Assembly (NCBI GenBank): GCA_030265395.1
Contig: JARFYF010000054.1
Coordinates: 22,106,962-22,170,961 of the forward strand
Length of the DNA: 64,000 nucleotides
Source of the DNA: Rhina ancylostomus
Lineage: Eukaryota
Reading direction: 5' to 3'
The notes below the pieces were generated by a model. It was not told the DNA's origin and searched no databases. It saw only the letters and a list, made by a program, of their open reading frames with translations. Position 1 is the stretch's first letter, and the number at the start of each line of letters is the position of its first letter. Of the stretch, positions 13,379 through 25,329 are shown one piece after another. Both the position numbers and the translations under genes were made by a program.

Positions 13379-13745
13379 CTCTGTAGCTACAGTGTGTATC
13401 ATTTTCAAACTTCACTACAGTTACTCACCTTGGTACTCCAACATACCTTCCAAACCTACAGCCTCTACCACAAGAAAGACAAGGGCTGCAGTACTTGGGA
13501 ACATCACTGTCTGCAATTCCTCTCTAAGTCACACATTGTCCTGCCATGGAAGTACATTGCCACTCCTTTATCTTTGCTGGGTCGAGATCCAGGAACTCCC
13601 TACCCAACAACATTATGGGAGTGCTTTCTTTAGAAGAACTAGAGTGGTTCAAAAAGATGACTCCAACTATTTTCCCAAGGGCAATTAAGGATCGGCAATA
13701 AATGCTGGCCTTATTGTTGATGTCCAGATCCCATAAATGAAGAGG
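13379..13745 (+). mobile_element. Family B LINE 3' end (its 5' part lies at ~12650-12771)
   Basis: cttccaaacctacagcctctacc..gacaagggctgcag...caagggcaattaaggatcggcaataaatgctggcctt. Confidence 0.8.
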
Positions 13746-14380
13746 AAACAGATTACCAAGAGCAATACTCCTATGGAAAATAAGTGTGATTTCAAAAATA
13801 AAAATGCTATGCAAGATTGGATGCTGTTGCTAAACCTCTGATTTGCAATCATACCAGAGATATTGATTATACTGCCATTTGTGTGGATGTAGAAATGCCA
13901 GAATAACACAGGCATCAGCTCTCAATTTGACTCCCAAACACACCAAAGCCAGAGAATGCAAGAACCTGCTAAGATGAAGCCATTTCACCCAGATGTGTGG
14001 TTAAAAGTTTGCTCCAGGTCAGATGTACAACAAAGCTTCAGATCATTTAAATTAAGTTCAGTAGATCACCAGAAAAGAAAATGGTTTGGACCTGGTATGT
14101 AGGAACAGTATAGAATAGAATAGAATGGTTTCAGTTTCCAATGCAATACAGAATAGCTACTTGGGAAAGAAAGATGGATCCTTAATGAACTCACTTCATA
14201 TTGTGAACATAATTTACATATTTTGTAAACTAATAACTGATTAAATGAGAGTGTGTATATATANNNNNNNNNNNNNNNNNNNNNNNNNNNNNNNNNNNNN
14301 NNNNNNNNNNNNNNNNNNNNNNNNNNNNNNNNNNNNNNNNNNNNNNNNNNNNNNNNNNNNNNNTCTCTTTTTATTTGTGA

Positions 14381-14381
<1 letters not shown>

Positions 14382-14433
<52 letters not shown>
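14382..14433. repeat. (TA)n microsatellite
   Basis: gtgtg followed by an uninterrupted (ta)n run next to a gap. Confidence 0.95.
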
Positions 14434-14438
<5 letters not shown>

Positions 14439-17109
14439 ATATATTGAATAAAGGGGGATGTTTTTTTTCAATCAGACCTCCTCTTAATTAAATGTAACTA
14501 TATTTTCACAGTCAAATCCAATAAATAACTGGGAGCAACTTAAAGGAAGGGATGATTTCCTGCATTCTTTCTTTGTAAATATGCTCTACTTGAGAAGTTT
14601 ATTGTGAAGCAATTCACATCTTTGTGTCATTGAGCATGCTTGTCTGACTCTTCTACATGGACTGCTTGCTGGCGAAACTTCTTTCAGAGAATTTGGCAGG
14701 AATGCGGAGAGTTCCTGATTAACAGATATTTTGTGCTTGAGCAATAATCTGATGCCAATATGTCTAAAATTAGCACACCATGCATTCCCATACTTCACGA
14801 TCGATTATTTAAAATGTGGGCAGAGTTATCCTGATGAAATGACACAGGTAGGCTGGAAAATTAACTGATACTGATGTCATTTGTAATGCAGATTCTTGGA
14901 GCCTTTCGCTGAGCATGAAGTACTCTGATGAGATTCAGTGAAATATGTCAATCTGTAATGTATTTTATTAACTCTCTTCACACAACCTTGTTCTCACAAT
15001 CTTGACTGCCAACACTACAAAGCTTCAAACTGCCAGCCGTAGTTGAGCTCTTGGACAAACTACTGAATGTGACAGCAAAGATTCAAAAGTGGGATTGCAA
15101 GTTGAAGCATAATTGTCAACCAGGATGAAAAATCTAATGATAGGCAAGCCCCTTGTATCTTTACAAAATCTCTTCCAGCCAAAGATTTGAAAAAAATGAA
15201 GCTTTAAAATGTATTTCCCAAACCATTCATTCATTTAATTTTCTGTCTGTTGATATATTATTAAAAATAAAGTTATTTGATGAATTAACATGCTGCAAGG
15301 AATTTGCTTGCATAAGCACTTAGGCAGCAGTGGTGATAAATAAATAGATCAATTAATCAAAAATATGAAACTCAAAGAGACAGAAAGCAAAATCAGAAGT
15401 GGAGCCGTTGTTCATCTGACAAACCCATGTCATATTCCTTGCATTCTATTCAATCCAGGCTTATCTGTCAGTCATGTCTTCTCAGAACTAGAATAGCAGG
15501 GACACACAGCATGGACACAGGCCCTTCAGCCCACCAGGTCCATGCCAGCCATCAACCACCCATTATCACTAATCCTACATTATTCCTGTTTTTTATGGTT
15601 TTACTTTATTCTCTTAAGTCTAATTTCACCCGCTCTGAAGCAAGATATTTAAATCTGTCACTGCAATTTCCTGGCTATTGAATACATTTCACTCCATTCC
15701 ACGACATGCATTAAGGCATCATGGGTATTACAATTGGTGAGGTACTAGCACAGGCCCCTTGTGATAGGTAGTATTTTAGCACAGTTCACATTAAGATCAT
15801 AATATAGGTTGCAATGTTATTTTATTGTGGTGATAAGTTTCCCAGAAGGGAACAGGGGATAAAATAGTCAAGTAACATTCTTGATGATATTTTCCCAAAT
15901 ATGTGATGGATAAGACAGAAAATGCAGTAGGAAGACCCGGCTGACCCTAGCAGAAGCATCAGTGGCCTGTGTGAGAGGAGACTGGCCAAAGGCTTCAAAA
16001 TCTCCACATTCTTACTATGGCAGTAAAGTCACCCAGGGCTTGCTGCTACCTCGTGATTTGTGTACAAAGCTGAATAGGTCTTAGGTGAAAACAAGAGCAT
16101 GTTTAGCTGGGATAACTGCAGTGTTAAAATGGGAACCAAACACCCATTGCTTGGGTTTCAATTAATGAATCTTCACTTGGACAAAATGCCAAGTAATATT
16201 ATTCCTTTCTGCATGAGTGAGCACTTGAGGAGGATATAATGGCATTAGAAAATTCCACGAGGGAAACTACCAAAGCCAAGTATAATGCCTTTTTAACCCA
16301 GCATCCAGATTTAAACATCTTCCAATTACCTTTCTTACCTAGAAATTTGTTATTTTTTTCTTGTAAATGTTCTTCAATTAGTAAATGCTATGTTCCCTTG
16401 TAGGGTGGGAGAGTGTAGATTTAGAATGAACAACCTACCGCATTATGTGTCATGCTGACCTTGGTTTTCCACAGACTGTTTAACATTTATTTTTATAGCT
16501 AGATTACTATGCAGTTAATCAACAGCAAATTACCATGAAGAGAGCCTCCCAAGGAGAATGTTAAGTTCCAATTGGTCTCAGTGAACCAATATTCGTCCAG
16601 TGATCCCTAATGTTGGTCTATTCAGCATCCTAGAAGACTCCCCACCCATCCTTGCCTCAGCCATTTGAGTGCATAGCTGGGCTACTGGTTTGTTTGGAAT
16701 TTAGTCATCTTTGTTTTAGAAAGCTTTATACAACTTTTTATAGTGGTTGACTTCAATGTCCAATTTGTTCACATGACTGGCAAATGCTGGATTATTGTAC
16801 TTAGTATTTTGCCACAGATGCTCATATTTCGATATTTTGAGAGTTGTTTTTGAGAAAGATCTGTTATCTTTGCCCAAGGATTTATCACTTTATTGGTAAA
16901 TGGTTTTGAATTGGTATGTCAGCTTTTATAGTGGTTTTGATCTGATTAAGTGGGAATACTCCTGCCTCTGAGTGTGAGGTTTCTCCCACAGTCATCCCAG
17001 AGTTCTTCATCTCAATTTTGGGTTGACATCCGACTGGATACTTGTGTTCAGTGATGTGGGTATCTGATGCATGCAGTACTTTAATGGAATCCTCTTGGTA
17101 TATCGAAAG

Positions 17110-17270
17110 CTAAAACAACATCTTCCACTTACACAGCACATTCAACATTCAAAGAGTCTCAAAGTGCTTCACAGGAGCATAAGAAAATTGATGCTGAGGC
17201 ATCTTGGAAGACATGTGACAAAACGCTTGGCCAAAAAGGAAGGAAAATTTTAAAGGGTGAAAGAGAGGCA
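17110..17270 (-). mobile_element. L2 LINE 3' end remnant
   Basis: caaagtgcttcacaggagc...gtgacaaaacgcttggccaaaaagg; homologous to 25330-25760 and 58195-58300. Confidence 0.6.
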
Positions 17271-18964
17271 TTGTCACAATGTTGATCTGAGCAAACTCAC
17301 AGAGAACCCAAATGCAGCACACTGATACAAGACTGGAGTCAGGATACNNNNNNNNNNNNNNNNNNNNNNNNNNNNNNNNNNNNNNNNNNNNNNNNNNNNN
17401 NNNNNNNNNNNNNNNNNNNNNNNNNNNNNNNNNNNNNNNNNNNNNNNCATGGAATCCATGTGCTGGACAACAAGGCATTAATGGAGCCAAATTGAGGACC
17501 AGAACTCAGAACCATGACAGGCATAGATGCCAATGGTGGAGAGATTAAATTCCGGAAAGATCAAGTGGAAAGAGTTAGAAGTGTGCAAATATCCCACAAG
17601 ATTAAGGAATAGAGGGCATGGTGACTGACAAAGGGTGACTGCACTATTGGTTTGTACAGTTATAATCATGGAAGGAGCATCCATACTGTGACTTATACAA
17701 CTGCTAATTGGCTTGCAAAACCTTCCACTACTTCACACTGTTCTCCCACTCTATGTTTGAGATTGGGTGATACTGTTTCTTCGCTCCAAAGATGGCTTGA
17801 CAACCTTTGCAAAAGATCCATTTGAAAAATATTCTTTAGTCATGCAAACCAAATACTGAGAGCTACACAAAAATGATGGGCATGGATCTCTCCCCACTGA
17901 AATAGTTAGCCAGCTGCTGAGCAAGTTGGTACATCTGTGGAGCAGGGCAGAATGTGCATTTGATCCGGTCATTTAGCTGCTGTTATAATGCAGGCTGCTG
18001 ACATTGTGTAACAGAACACTAACCATTAGGGTTATATGAATGACACGTCAGGGAATATAATCTGAATAAGACAGGCTTCATCCAAACATGACATCTTTAA
18101 ACACAGAAATATTTAAATAGCAATGGGTTCAACATTAGAAATTGCTTGAGGAATTTTCTTACTTATAACCAATTCAGTATTCTTTCTTCAAATTTTTAAG
18201 TAGTTATATAACACTATCCATTGTAGGGCTGAGCCCCACTAATCAAAGAGGTGAATTGATTGACCGTGGCTGGTAGAGATGATGTAACAGGTTTTAGGAT
18301 CCTGATCCAGAGAGGGGAATTGGTAGAGATCCCCTTCCTTACCATGATCTTGTTGTTGTGGAAAGTATGGTTCCATGTGAATATAGAGCGAAGACATGGT
18401 TGTTCCCTGCCTTTATAGCCTTTATACCTCAAATTGGAGACCAATTTGAAAGTGACACAGTGTACATATTCTCCAGCTCATAAACAGCTCCACTCTGGTC
18501 CAGGTTCCAGTTGGTACAAAAAAGAAGGTAGAAGGCTCAGCATCCTGATGACCTGACCACTGACCCTGGTAAGGAACTCACGTTAACTGCTAGGGATGCA
18601 GTGCAAGGGCATGTCTTTTTATTCCAGATGCAATGCAACATGCTGATCCTTCTGAATCCCCAGGAATCTGTCACATTCTCTATTAGTGTCAGAATTAGGC
18701 CAAGGTTAGTCAGCTTCAAACACACAGCTTCTTGTGGAAATTCCACTGAGTTAATAAACGTCATTGCTGAGTGTGTGAATCTGCTGAGTGTGACTACCAT
18801 GTTGCATATTCCAGTTTCCTCATAAATCGTTCTTTCTTAACTCCAGCATTCATGTTTTGGTTTCCCATCATAGGTGCTCTGGCTTCCGATATCCCAAAGG
18901 AAATTTTACATGCCTTGATAGCAAGATTAAAATTTCCAATGTGCCCCAGCAATGAAGAATATCC

Positions 18965-19372
18965 TGTCAGTCCAGTTTTTTTTCTTTTGAAATTTTTTTC
19001 TAGTTTGTTTCATTTTATTACTTATAATTTTTTTTCAACTTGGGTTTTTATATGATAAATCTTTCTTTCTCGTTTTGATTTTTTTTGTAATATATTCATT
19101 TACTAAGAAACCGTGGGGCTTAGAATATATTTTTTATTCTTTATGACTATATATGTCATGATTGTCCTCCCGATCNNNNNNNNNNNNNNNNNNNNNNNNN
19201 NNNNNNNNNNNNNNNNNNNNNNNNNNNNNNNNNNNNNNNNNNNNNNNNNNNNNNNNNNNNNNNNNNNNNNNNNNNTCCTCCCGATCTCTTCGTATTACGT
19301 GTATAATTACCGATGTTATATGTATTATTCTGTATTAATTTGACAATTAATAAAAAGACTGAAAAAGAAAGA
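18965..19372 (+). mobile_element. 5'-truncated L1/Tx1-type 3' UTR insertion with a 14-bp TSD
   Basis: T-rich body, AATAAA, then a gactgaaaaagaaag tail; perfect direct repeat aatgaagaatatcc at 18951-18964 and 19373-19386. Confidence 0.8.
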
Positions 19373-19689
19373 AATGAAGAATATCCATGGCAGGTGATTT
19401 CAACTACGGTTCTATCTGATGGTTTGGGACCCTCTTTGCTATTGGGAAGATCGAAGAGAACTGAGCTTTACTTGTCAGACAGAATGGTTAAAATGGTAGA
19501 ATAAATGAAACAGTTTTTGGAGTACATAAATTGGCTAACTCTTGGTTCATTCATGTAGAAAGGAAGAATTTAATTCTTTTAATATTGTGTTTCAAACCAT
19601 TTCAATGCTTTAAAAAATATTTTTCAGAGGTCTCCTTGCGAAGGTTCCTAATATACCTGCTGATTTGAAAAGGATAGACAGATAAATAA

Positions 19690-19830
19690 AAGTAAGATCT
19701 TGTACTTTTATGATACTTTTGACGACCGCAGGACAAGTTGAAGAGTTGAATAAACGACGAAATACCTGAAGCACTGTTTTGTTGTAATGTAGGAAATCTG
19801 GCAGCCAAATTTCAGATACAAGGTGGCATA
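19690..19830 (-). mobile_element. Deu-domain SINE 3' remnant
   Basis: Reverse: ttggctgccagatttcctacattacaac...gtcctgcggtcgtcaaaagtatcataaaagtacaag; aligns to the tail seen at 26710-26800 and 37760-37880. Confidence 0.6.
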
Positions 19831-20259
19831 AGTAGCAATTTGATATATGTTCTGATAGCAGGCCCCGTCAAGCAGGAACCAGCTCAAGCTTTGCAGTCTC
19901 CACCACCACACCTCCCCCCACCTTCACAGCAGCTCAGGAGTTGAAACCATCTTTGGTAGCTATATGGTTCCAACCCACAAACTACCAGTATCACTGCTGC
20001 CCCATCTGATTGGAGTACACTAGATATGCCAGCTATGGCTGGTGTAAAACTGAAGGAGCATATATAAAGTGTATCCAGACTCTAGTCTCAAGATGTTAGG
20101 GAGTGTTCCTGGCCTCAGTTGTGAGGCCAGGGTGTACAACAAGGGGTCAGTTGTGCTTAAGTCTGGAACACGTTGACATGCTCACTCTAGATAACAGGTG
20201 ATTCTCCAAGGAGTCATCAGGGTGATCCTGTCAACAGAGTGTTTAAAGTGATGGTTTTG

Positions 20260-20495
20260 AGATAAGTATTGCCCTGGGTACCAAGGAAATTCCATGCCCT
20301 TTCTCTGAATCTGACATCTCATTTGTGTAATTGAGAGGATAGAGGGCCTTGTTTTAAAGTCATAACAAAAAGATAAGACTTGTGACTATCCAGTGGTCCT
20401 GAGCACTGGACTCAGGTACCTGCCTGAATAGGATGTACAAGAGTCTAGCATGAGGTTTGACCCCTTGGACTCAGAAGCAAAAGCGCTGTCACAAT
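20260..20495 (-). mobile_element. Deu-domain SINE 5' remnant
   Basis: gataagtattgcc...gagaggatagagggccttgttttaaagtcat...ggactcagaagcaaaagcgctg. Confidence 0.55.
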
Positions 20496-21559
20496 GCCAC
20501 TAATGACACCTCCCATACCACTGAAATGATGGCCAGGACCTAAAGGCACTTTGAATTACTGTCTATTCAAAAAGAGCTTCCAGTCAAATATATACATGAC
20601 AAAGTCACACATGATATCTGTTTTTGACTGGAGTTGTTTGAGCTCTGCCCCAAATACCTGTCATCAGAAAAAAGACATAGATATTACAACAGTGTGTGGA
20701 GTTTTCTTCCTGGCTAATGTTGGCAATTCCAAATAGAGCTCCCAATGTTCAGCTGTTTACACTGCAGGAAGTCCCAAACCTTCACACATGTATCACCCTG
20801 GGAATCACCTCTTGGATCCTACCCCAGTTTAAAGAGTGCAGGGTCCCTGAATCCATTGATTTCAATGGAGATTATAGAACAAAGGATAAGGAGACAAAGG
20901 ANNNNNNNNNNNNNNNNNNNNNNNNNNNNNNNNNNNNNNNNNNNNNNNNNNNNTTGGTGTCTTAAAATAACTTTTCATTTACTAAAATTAATAATTTCCC
21001 TTGTTGATTATTTATTTCAATTTTCTAATTTTACATGTCTCTGAATATCAGAGACATTTAAAAATTATTACAAGTTACCCACAGCTTTAGCAGCTGTCAA
21101 AGATCGTTGATGGCATTTGGAACTGAGGTTCCTCACAACTCAGACCATGTCACTGCATTCTGGTGTGTGGAGCACCAGTGAGAATGGCCTCTGCACTCAG
21201 ACCAGATTTGTGCAGAGGTGCAGGTACTGGGCAGAAAGAATCTGGTCTGCTTGCTGCAGTCTTTGTTCCCTGTAAGTGGCTCTATGTGTCTCGCTAAAAA
21301 GTATGTGAAGCTGAACCAAACGCTTCACAATCTTGGTGCAGATTTACTGCTGAGGTGATCTTGCGACCACCTACCAGTTCCCACCGCCCCGACTTCCATT
21401 TACCCTACCCCTGCCTCACCTCATCCATTCCCTTGTCATCTTTAGACTTCACTATTTCAACATTCTCCTGTCCCACTGCACAGTTGTTAGTCTACGTAGG
21501 CCTCAGCCCACTTAGCAGTCAGCTCCACATCTCCTGACCAGCACCATTTCCCATTCTTT

Positions 21560-21920
21560 CAGCACCTGTATACTGGATCATGGTTAATTAACATCTCGAT
21601 GATTCTTAAACTGGTTTTGAAATCCCTCCATGGCCATGTCCATCCCTAACTATGTAACCTTCTCCCAGGGCTTTAACTCTCCAAGGGATTCATGCTTCTG
21701 CAATTCTAGCCTCATGACCAAGCCTTCAGCTCTGAGCTCTGGAAAGCCTTTCCCAATGTCTTGTCTTCTCCTTTTCTCTAAAACATTCCTTCATCCATAC
21801 TTTTTTGGCCAAGATTTTGGTCATCAGCTTCTTCTGTAGCTTGGTATCTTTTTTTGAAACTAATATTCTGAGTTTTGTTGGTACATTTTGCTCCATTAAA
21901 GGAGCTATATAAATACATGT
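21560..21920 (+). mobile_element. L2 LINE 3' end remnant
   Basis: aaatccctccatggcc...gtaaccttctcc...gccttcagct...ccaagattttggtcatc...taaaggagctatataaat. Confidence 0.7.
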
Positions 21921-22869
21921 GGTAATTTAAGCCCTTGGGCAGCATGAAATAACTAATGAAGCCAACAGAAAACTAGATTCTCAATAATAATGAAACATTT
22001 GGCACATTTCATTCCATAAGGATTTGCTGTGTGTGCTCACTTCCCTATATGGAATAGCAGTGTGTTAGCCTCTCTGTCTGAACATGCCTGGTATAATTTC
22101 AACTGTGCATGAACTTGCCAATGTTGATATTTAAAAACACTCTCTTGTGAAAATCTGCTAAAGTGTTGCAGTTGATGGTCTCTATTTGTGACCTTGCTGA
22201 GTGTGATTTCCTTAGCGTGTAAGTATTCTCTGTGTTATTGCCCCTCCCTGTAAATGTCATGATCAGGATTACCTCTATGTGGACTCATTGTGTCAGCGTG
22301 AGAACATGCCAATTTTAGTCATTTTTAAAGCACGGTATCTTGTATGAAATCCACTGAGTGGCTGAGTGTGATTGCTTCTGGGTAAAATGTTGCCGTGTGA
22401 TTGCTTGTGTGTGTGAACTTGATGAGCGCGATTGCTTTTCCGTCTGATATTCCTGAGATTGCCTCTTGGTGACATTACTGAATGCCATTACTCCTCCAAT
22501 GTGAACCTGCTGAGTGTGATTGCCTCTCCATCCAACATTGCTGAGAATGACTGCCTGTGTGTGCGAACTTGCTGGTTATATTTGTGTGTAGTCTTGCAGA
22601 GTGTGATTTCCTTTGAGAACTATCTGGGTTTGATTCCCTCTCCACGTGAACTTGTTTTGCCCGATTGTATGTCTGGGTGTGAATCCACTGAGTGTAGTTG
22701 TGGCTTTTTGCAAAGTTGCTGAGTAATGTTACCTTTGCTTGTGAACTTGCAGAAATCAAAACTTGTAGATGTGAGAAATCTGGATCAAAGACAGAAATAA
22801 TGAGATCAGGCAACATCCATTGACAGAACAGGAAAAATGAGGGGAGCAACTTTGACCTATATTATCCAA

Positions 22870-23085
22870 TGCAAAGTCAATGGGATCTTTCTGCTACCAT
22901 CTTTTGAACAACAAATTTGATTTCAATTTCCCGCCCAATATTTATCCATCAGTCAACAATTCTGAAGTAATTCAGACCATTTGGTCACCATCTCATTGTT
23001 CTTTGTGGGGACTTTGCTATGGATATATTGGCTGCCTTGTTTCTTATGTTAAAGCAGGAACTAGACTTCAAAAAATGATTGGTTC
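22870..23085 (+). mobile_element. Deu-domain SINE remnant
   Basis: ccaatatttatccatcagtcaac...ttggtcaccatctcattgttctttgtggggactttgct...attggctgcc. Confidence 0.65.
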
Positions 23086-23150
23086 TATAACCAGGTCAGA
23101 GCCTCCCATAGCAATCAAACACATTGTGTGAACCTTTCCCTGCTTCTGCA

Positions 23151-23756
23151 GACATAAGAGACTGCAGATGCTGGAATCTGGAGCAAAAAAATGAGCTGCT
23201 GGAGGAACTCAGTGGGTTGGGCAGCAAAAGACCACAAAATATAGGAGCAGAATTAAGCCATTCGACCCATCGAGTCTGCTCTGGCACTCGATCACTGACA
23301 ATTGACNNNNNNNNNNNNNNNNNNNNNNNNNNNNNNNNNNNNNNNNNNNNNNNNNNNNNNNNNNNNNNNNNNNNNNNNNNNNNNNNNNNNNNNNNNNNNN
23401 NNNNNNGGGCAGCACAAGACCACAAAATATAGGAGCAGAATTAAGCCATTCGACCCATCGAGTCTGCTCTGGCACTCAATCACTGACAATTGACGTTTCA
23501 GGTTGAGAGCCTTCATGTGGACTGTCCATTTCCCTCCACAGATCCTGCTTGATCTGCTGACTTCCTCCAGCAGCTTGTTTTTTGCTCTTTTCTTACTTCC
23601 CTTTGTCTCCATTGTAATGTAAACTGTCCGGCTAGAGGGTCTCAACCCAAAACATTGACTGCCTATTTCCCTCATAGATGCTGCCTGACCCACTGAGTTC
23701 CTCCAGTGCTTTATGTGTTGCTCCAGATTCCAGCATCTGCAGTCTCTTGTGTCTTC
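23151..23756. mobile_element. Penelope-derived fold-back element (23151-23587, with nested CR1 tail) plus a second single copy (23624-23756)
   Basis: gagactgcagatgctggaatctggagc...gaggaactcag with an inverted partner. The second copy ends ...cagcatctgcagtctcttgtgtc and is flanked by aatgtaaa (23616-23623, 23757-23764). Confidence 0.8.
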
Positions 23757-24919
23757 AATGTAAAACTAGTGTTGTCAGCGGAGCGGCTGACCCAATGCTG
23801 ACACTTCCTCAGCGGAAATATGACCTCCAATGTCTCAGGTGTGGGCCCTTGATCAGAACACAATTATGATGAAGCCCACACTTGATAGGTTAACCAACAT
23901 TCTCTCCACTGTTTACTGCTTAACATGTTGAGTGTCTGCAGAGGTTTCTAAGTCTAATTGTGACTGTATGTGAATTAGCTTGTGCCATAGCCACTGTTGT
24001 TGGATTGCCTTTGCGAACCCGCAGTGTGTTCTACACATAAACTGGCTGAGTAGGATGTCCCTGCTTTGAAATTGCTGACTGTAACTGCCTTTCAATGTCT
24101 CTTTGGAAAGTATGACGCTGTGTTAATTTGCTGAGCTTCAGTACCTTGATTTCTTACCACAGCCTTTCTGTGTAGATGTGCTGAGTGCGATTGGGTCTGT
24201 GAGAGTTTGCTTAATATGACCACATTTGTGCATAAATTTGCTGAGTCATTTGCCTCTATTTGTGAAGCAGTTTCTCATGATTGCAAACTCTGTATATTTT
24301 TCTTTTGTTATATTGGTGTAGGATTGTGTCATCTAGTGAATTTACTGTGCAGTTGTATCTGCTCATGAAATAAACGAATGATGTGCACAAGCTGAGTGAC
24401 ACCTCATGAGGCAGTCTCCTGTGGTCAGTGGTGACTTGCTTTCATTCTGCATCTGTGGCTTCTGAGTTGGCACATGTGCCTGATGTGCAGACTCTGGCAG
24501 AAGCAGGGAAGGAGGTGCTCAAAGGGACAGGTGGTTGGGTTTTCTGGGAGGCTTTGCATTCCTTCCACCATTTCTGCTTGGAGCCTATGTGTGCCCATCA
24601 AAGAGACTTGACCTGCTCAGTGCTTCCCTGGATGCTCTTCCTCCATTTGAGTGGCCATAGGTCAGGGTTCTCATAAATCAATAAGGATGTTATGTTTCTT
24701 GAGGAAGTCTTTGAAAATGTACCTGAAGTGTTTTCTCAGTCTCTCTGGAGAGCACTTCATTGGACAGGGCTCCTCTTGTGATCAACTTGGCAAAAAAGGG
24801 TTCTTATTGTCATCTGCATTGGCTGCTGTTTTAAAAATGCAGTGGGTTAGTAAAAAACATAATTTGTCAAATTTTGGATTTCAATTGTATTTCAGGATTC
24901 TGCTGTCAGGAATCAATAC

Positions 24920-25256
24920 GCACAGCGGCACAGCAAGTATAGATGCTGCTGCATTGTTCCAGTAACCCAAATCCTGACCTCCAGTGCTGTCTGTCTGGAG
25001 CTTGCATGTTCTCTGTGACCACATGGCTTTCTTCTGGGTGCTTTGATTACCTCCCACATGGATGTGCAAGTGGAACATTAATTGGCCGCTTTAACTTACC
25101 CCTAGTGTGCAGGTGAGTGGTAGAATCTGGGTGAGTTGATGGCACCTGGGGAAAATAAAATGGGATTAGTGTGGGATTCTTGTAAAATAGATGCTTGATG
25201 GTTGGTGCAGGTTTGGTGGCTGAAAAGCTTTCTTCCACGCTGCATAACTTCATGAC
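24920..25256 (+). mobile_element. HE1-like V-SINE, near full length
   Basis: gcggcacagc...tgctgtctgtctggagcttgcatgttctc...ctcccac...cccctagtgtgcaggtgagtggtagaatctgg... ending in a CR1-like tail (gctgcataacttcatgac). Confidence 0.85.
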
Positions 25257-25329
25257 AAAAAAAACTTAAAGAAGTACGGAGATCAGATCCAGGAAAAAAT
25301 ATTTGCCAAGATAAGCAACTTGTATTACT

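Larger units (their letters stand above)
22050..24400 (+). repeat. Decayed ~30-bp tandem array (approximately gtgtgaacttgctgagtgtgattgcctct), interrupted by SINE/PLE insertions at ~22750-23930
   Basis: Recurring (t)gctgagtgtgatt(g/t)cc and gtgaactt units at 22190-22750 and again at 24040-24260. Confidence 0.65.

Noticed and set aside
14921-14955. CTGATGA...GAAA...GTC hammerhead-like string
   Set aside because: Stems I and II do not pair, and there is no relation to the PLE family; chance match.
19657-19765. Apparent minus-strand exon with CpGs (ttcag|GTATTT...GCAG|gtata)
   Set aside because: The sequence aligns to the Deu-SINE/L2-type tail found in several other copies here.
22190-22750. 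CRISPR-like repeat-spacer array
   Set aside because: Vertebrate DNA; units are contiguous and diverged, with no constant repeat, unique spacers or cas genes.
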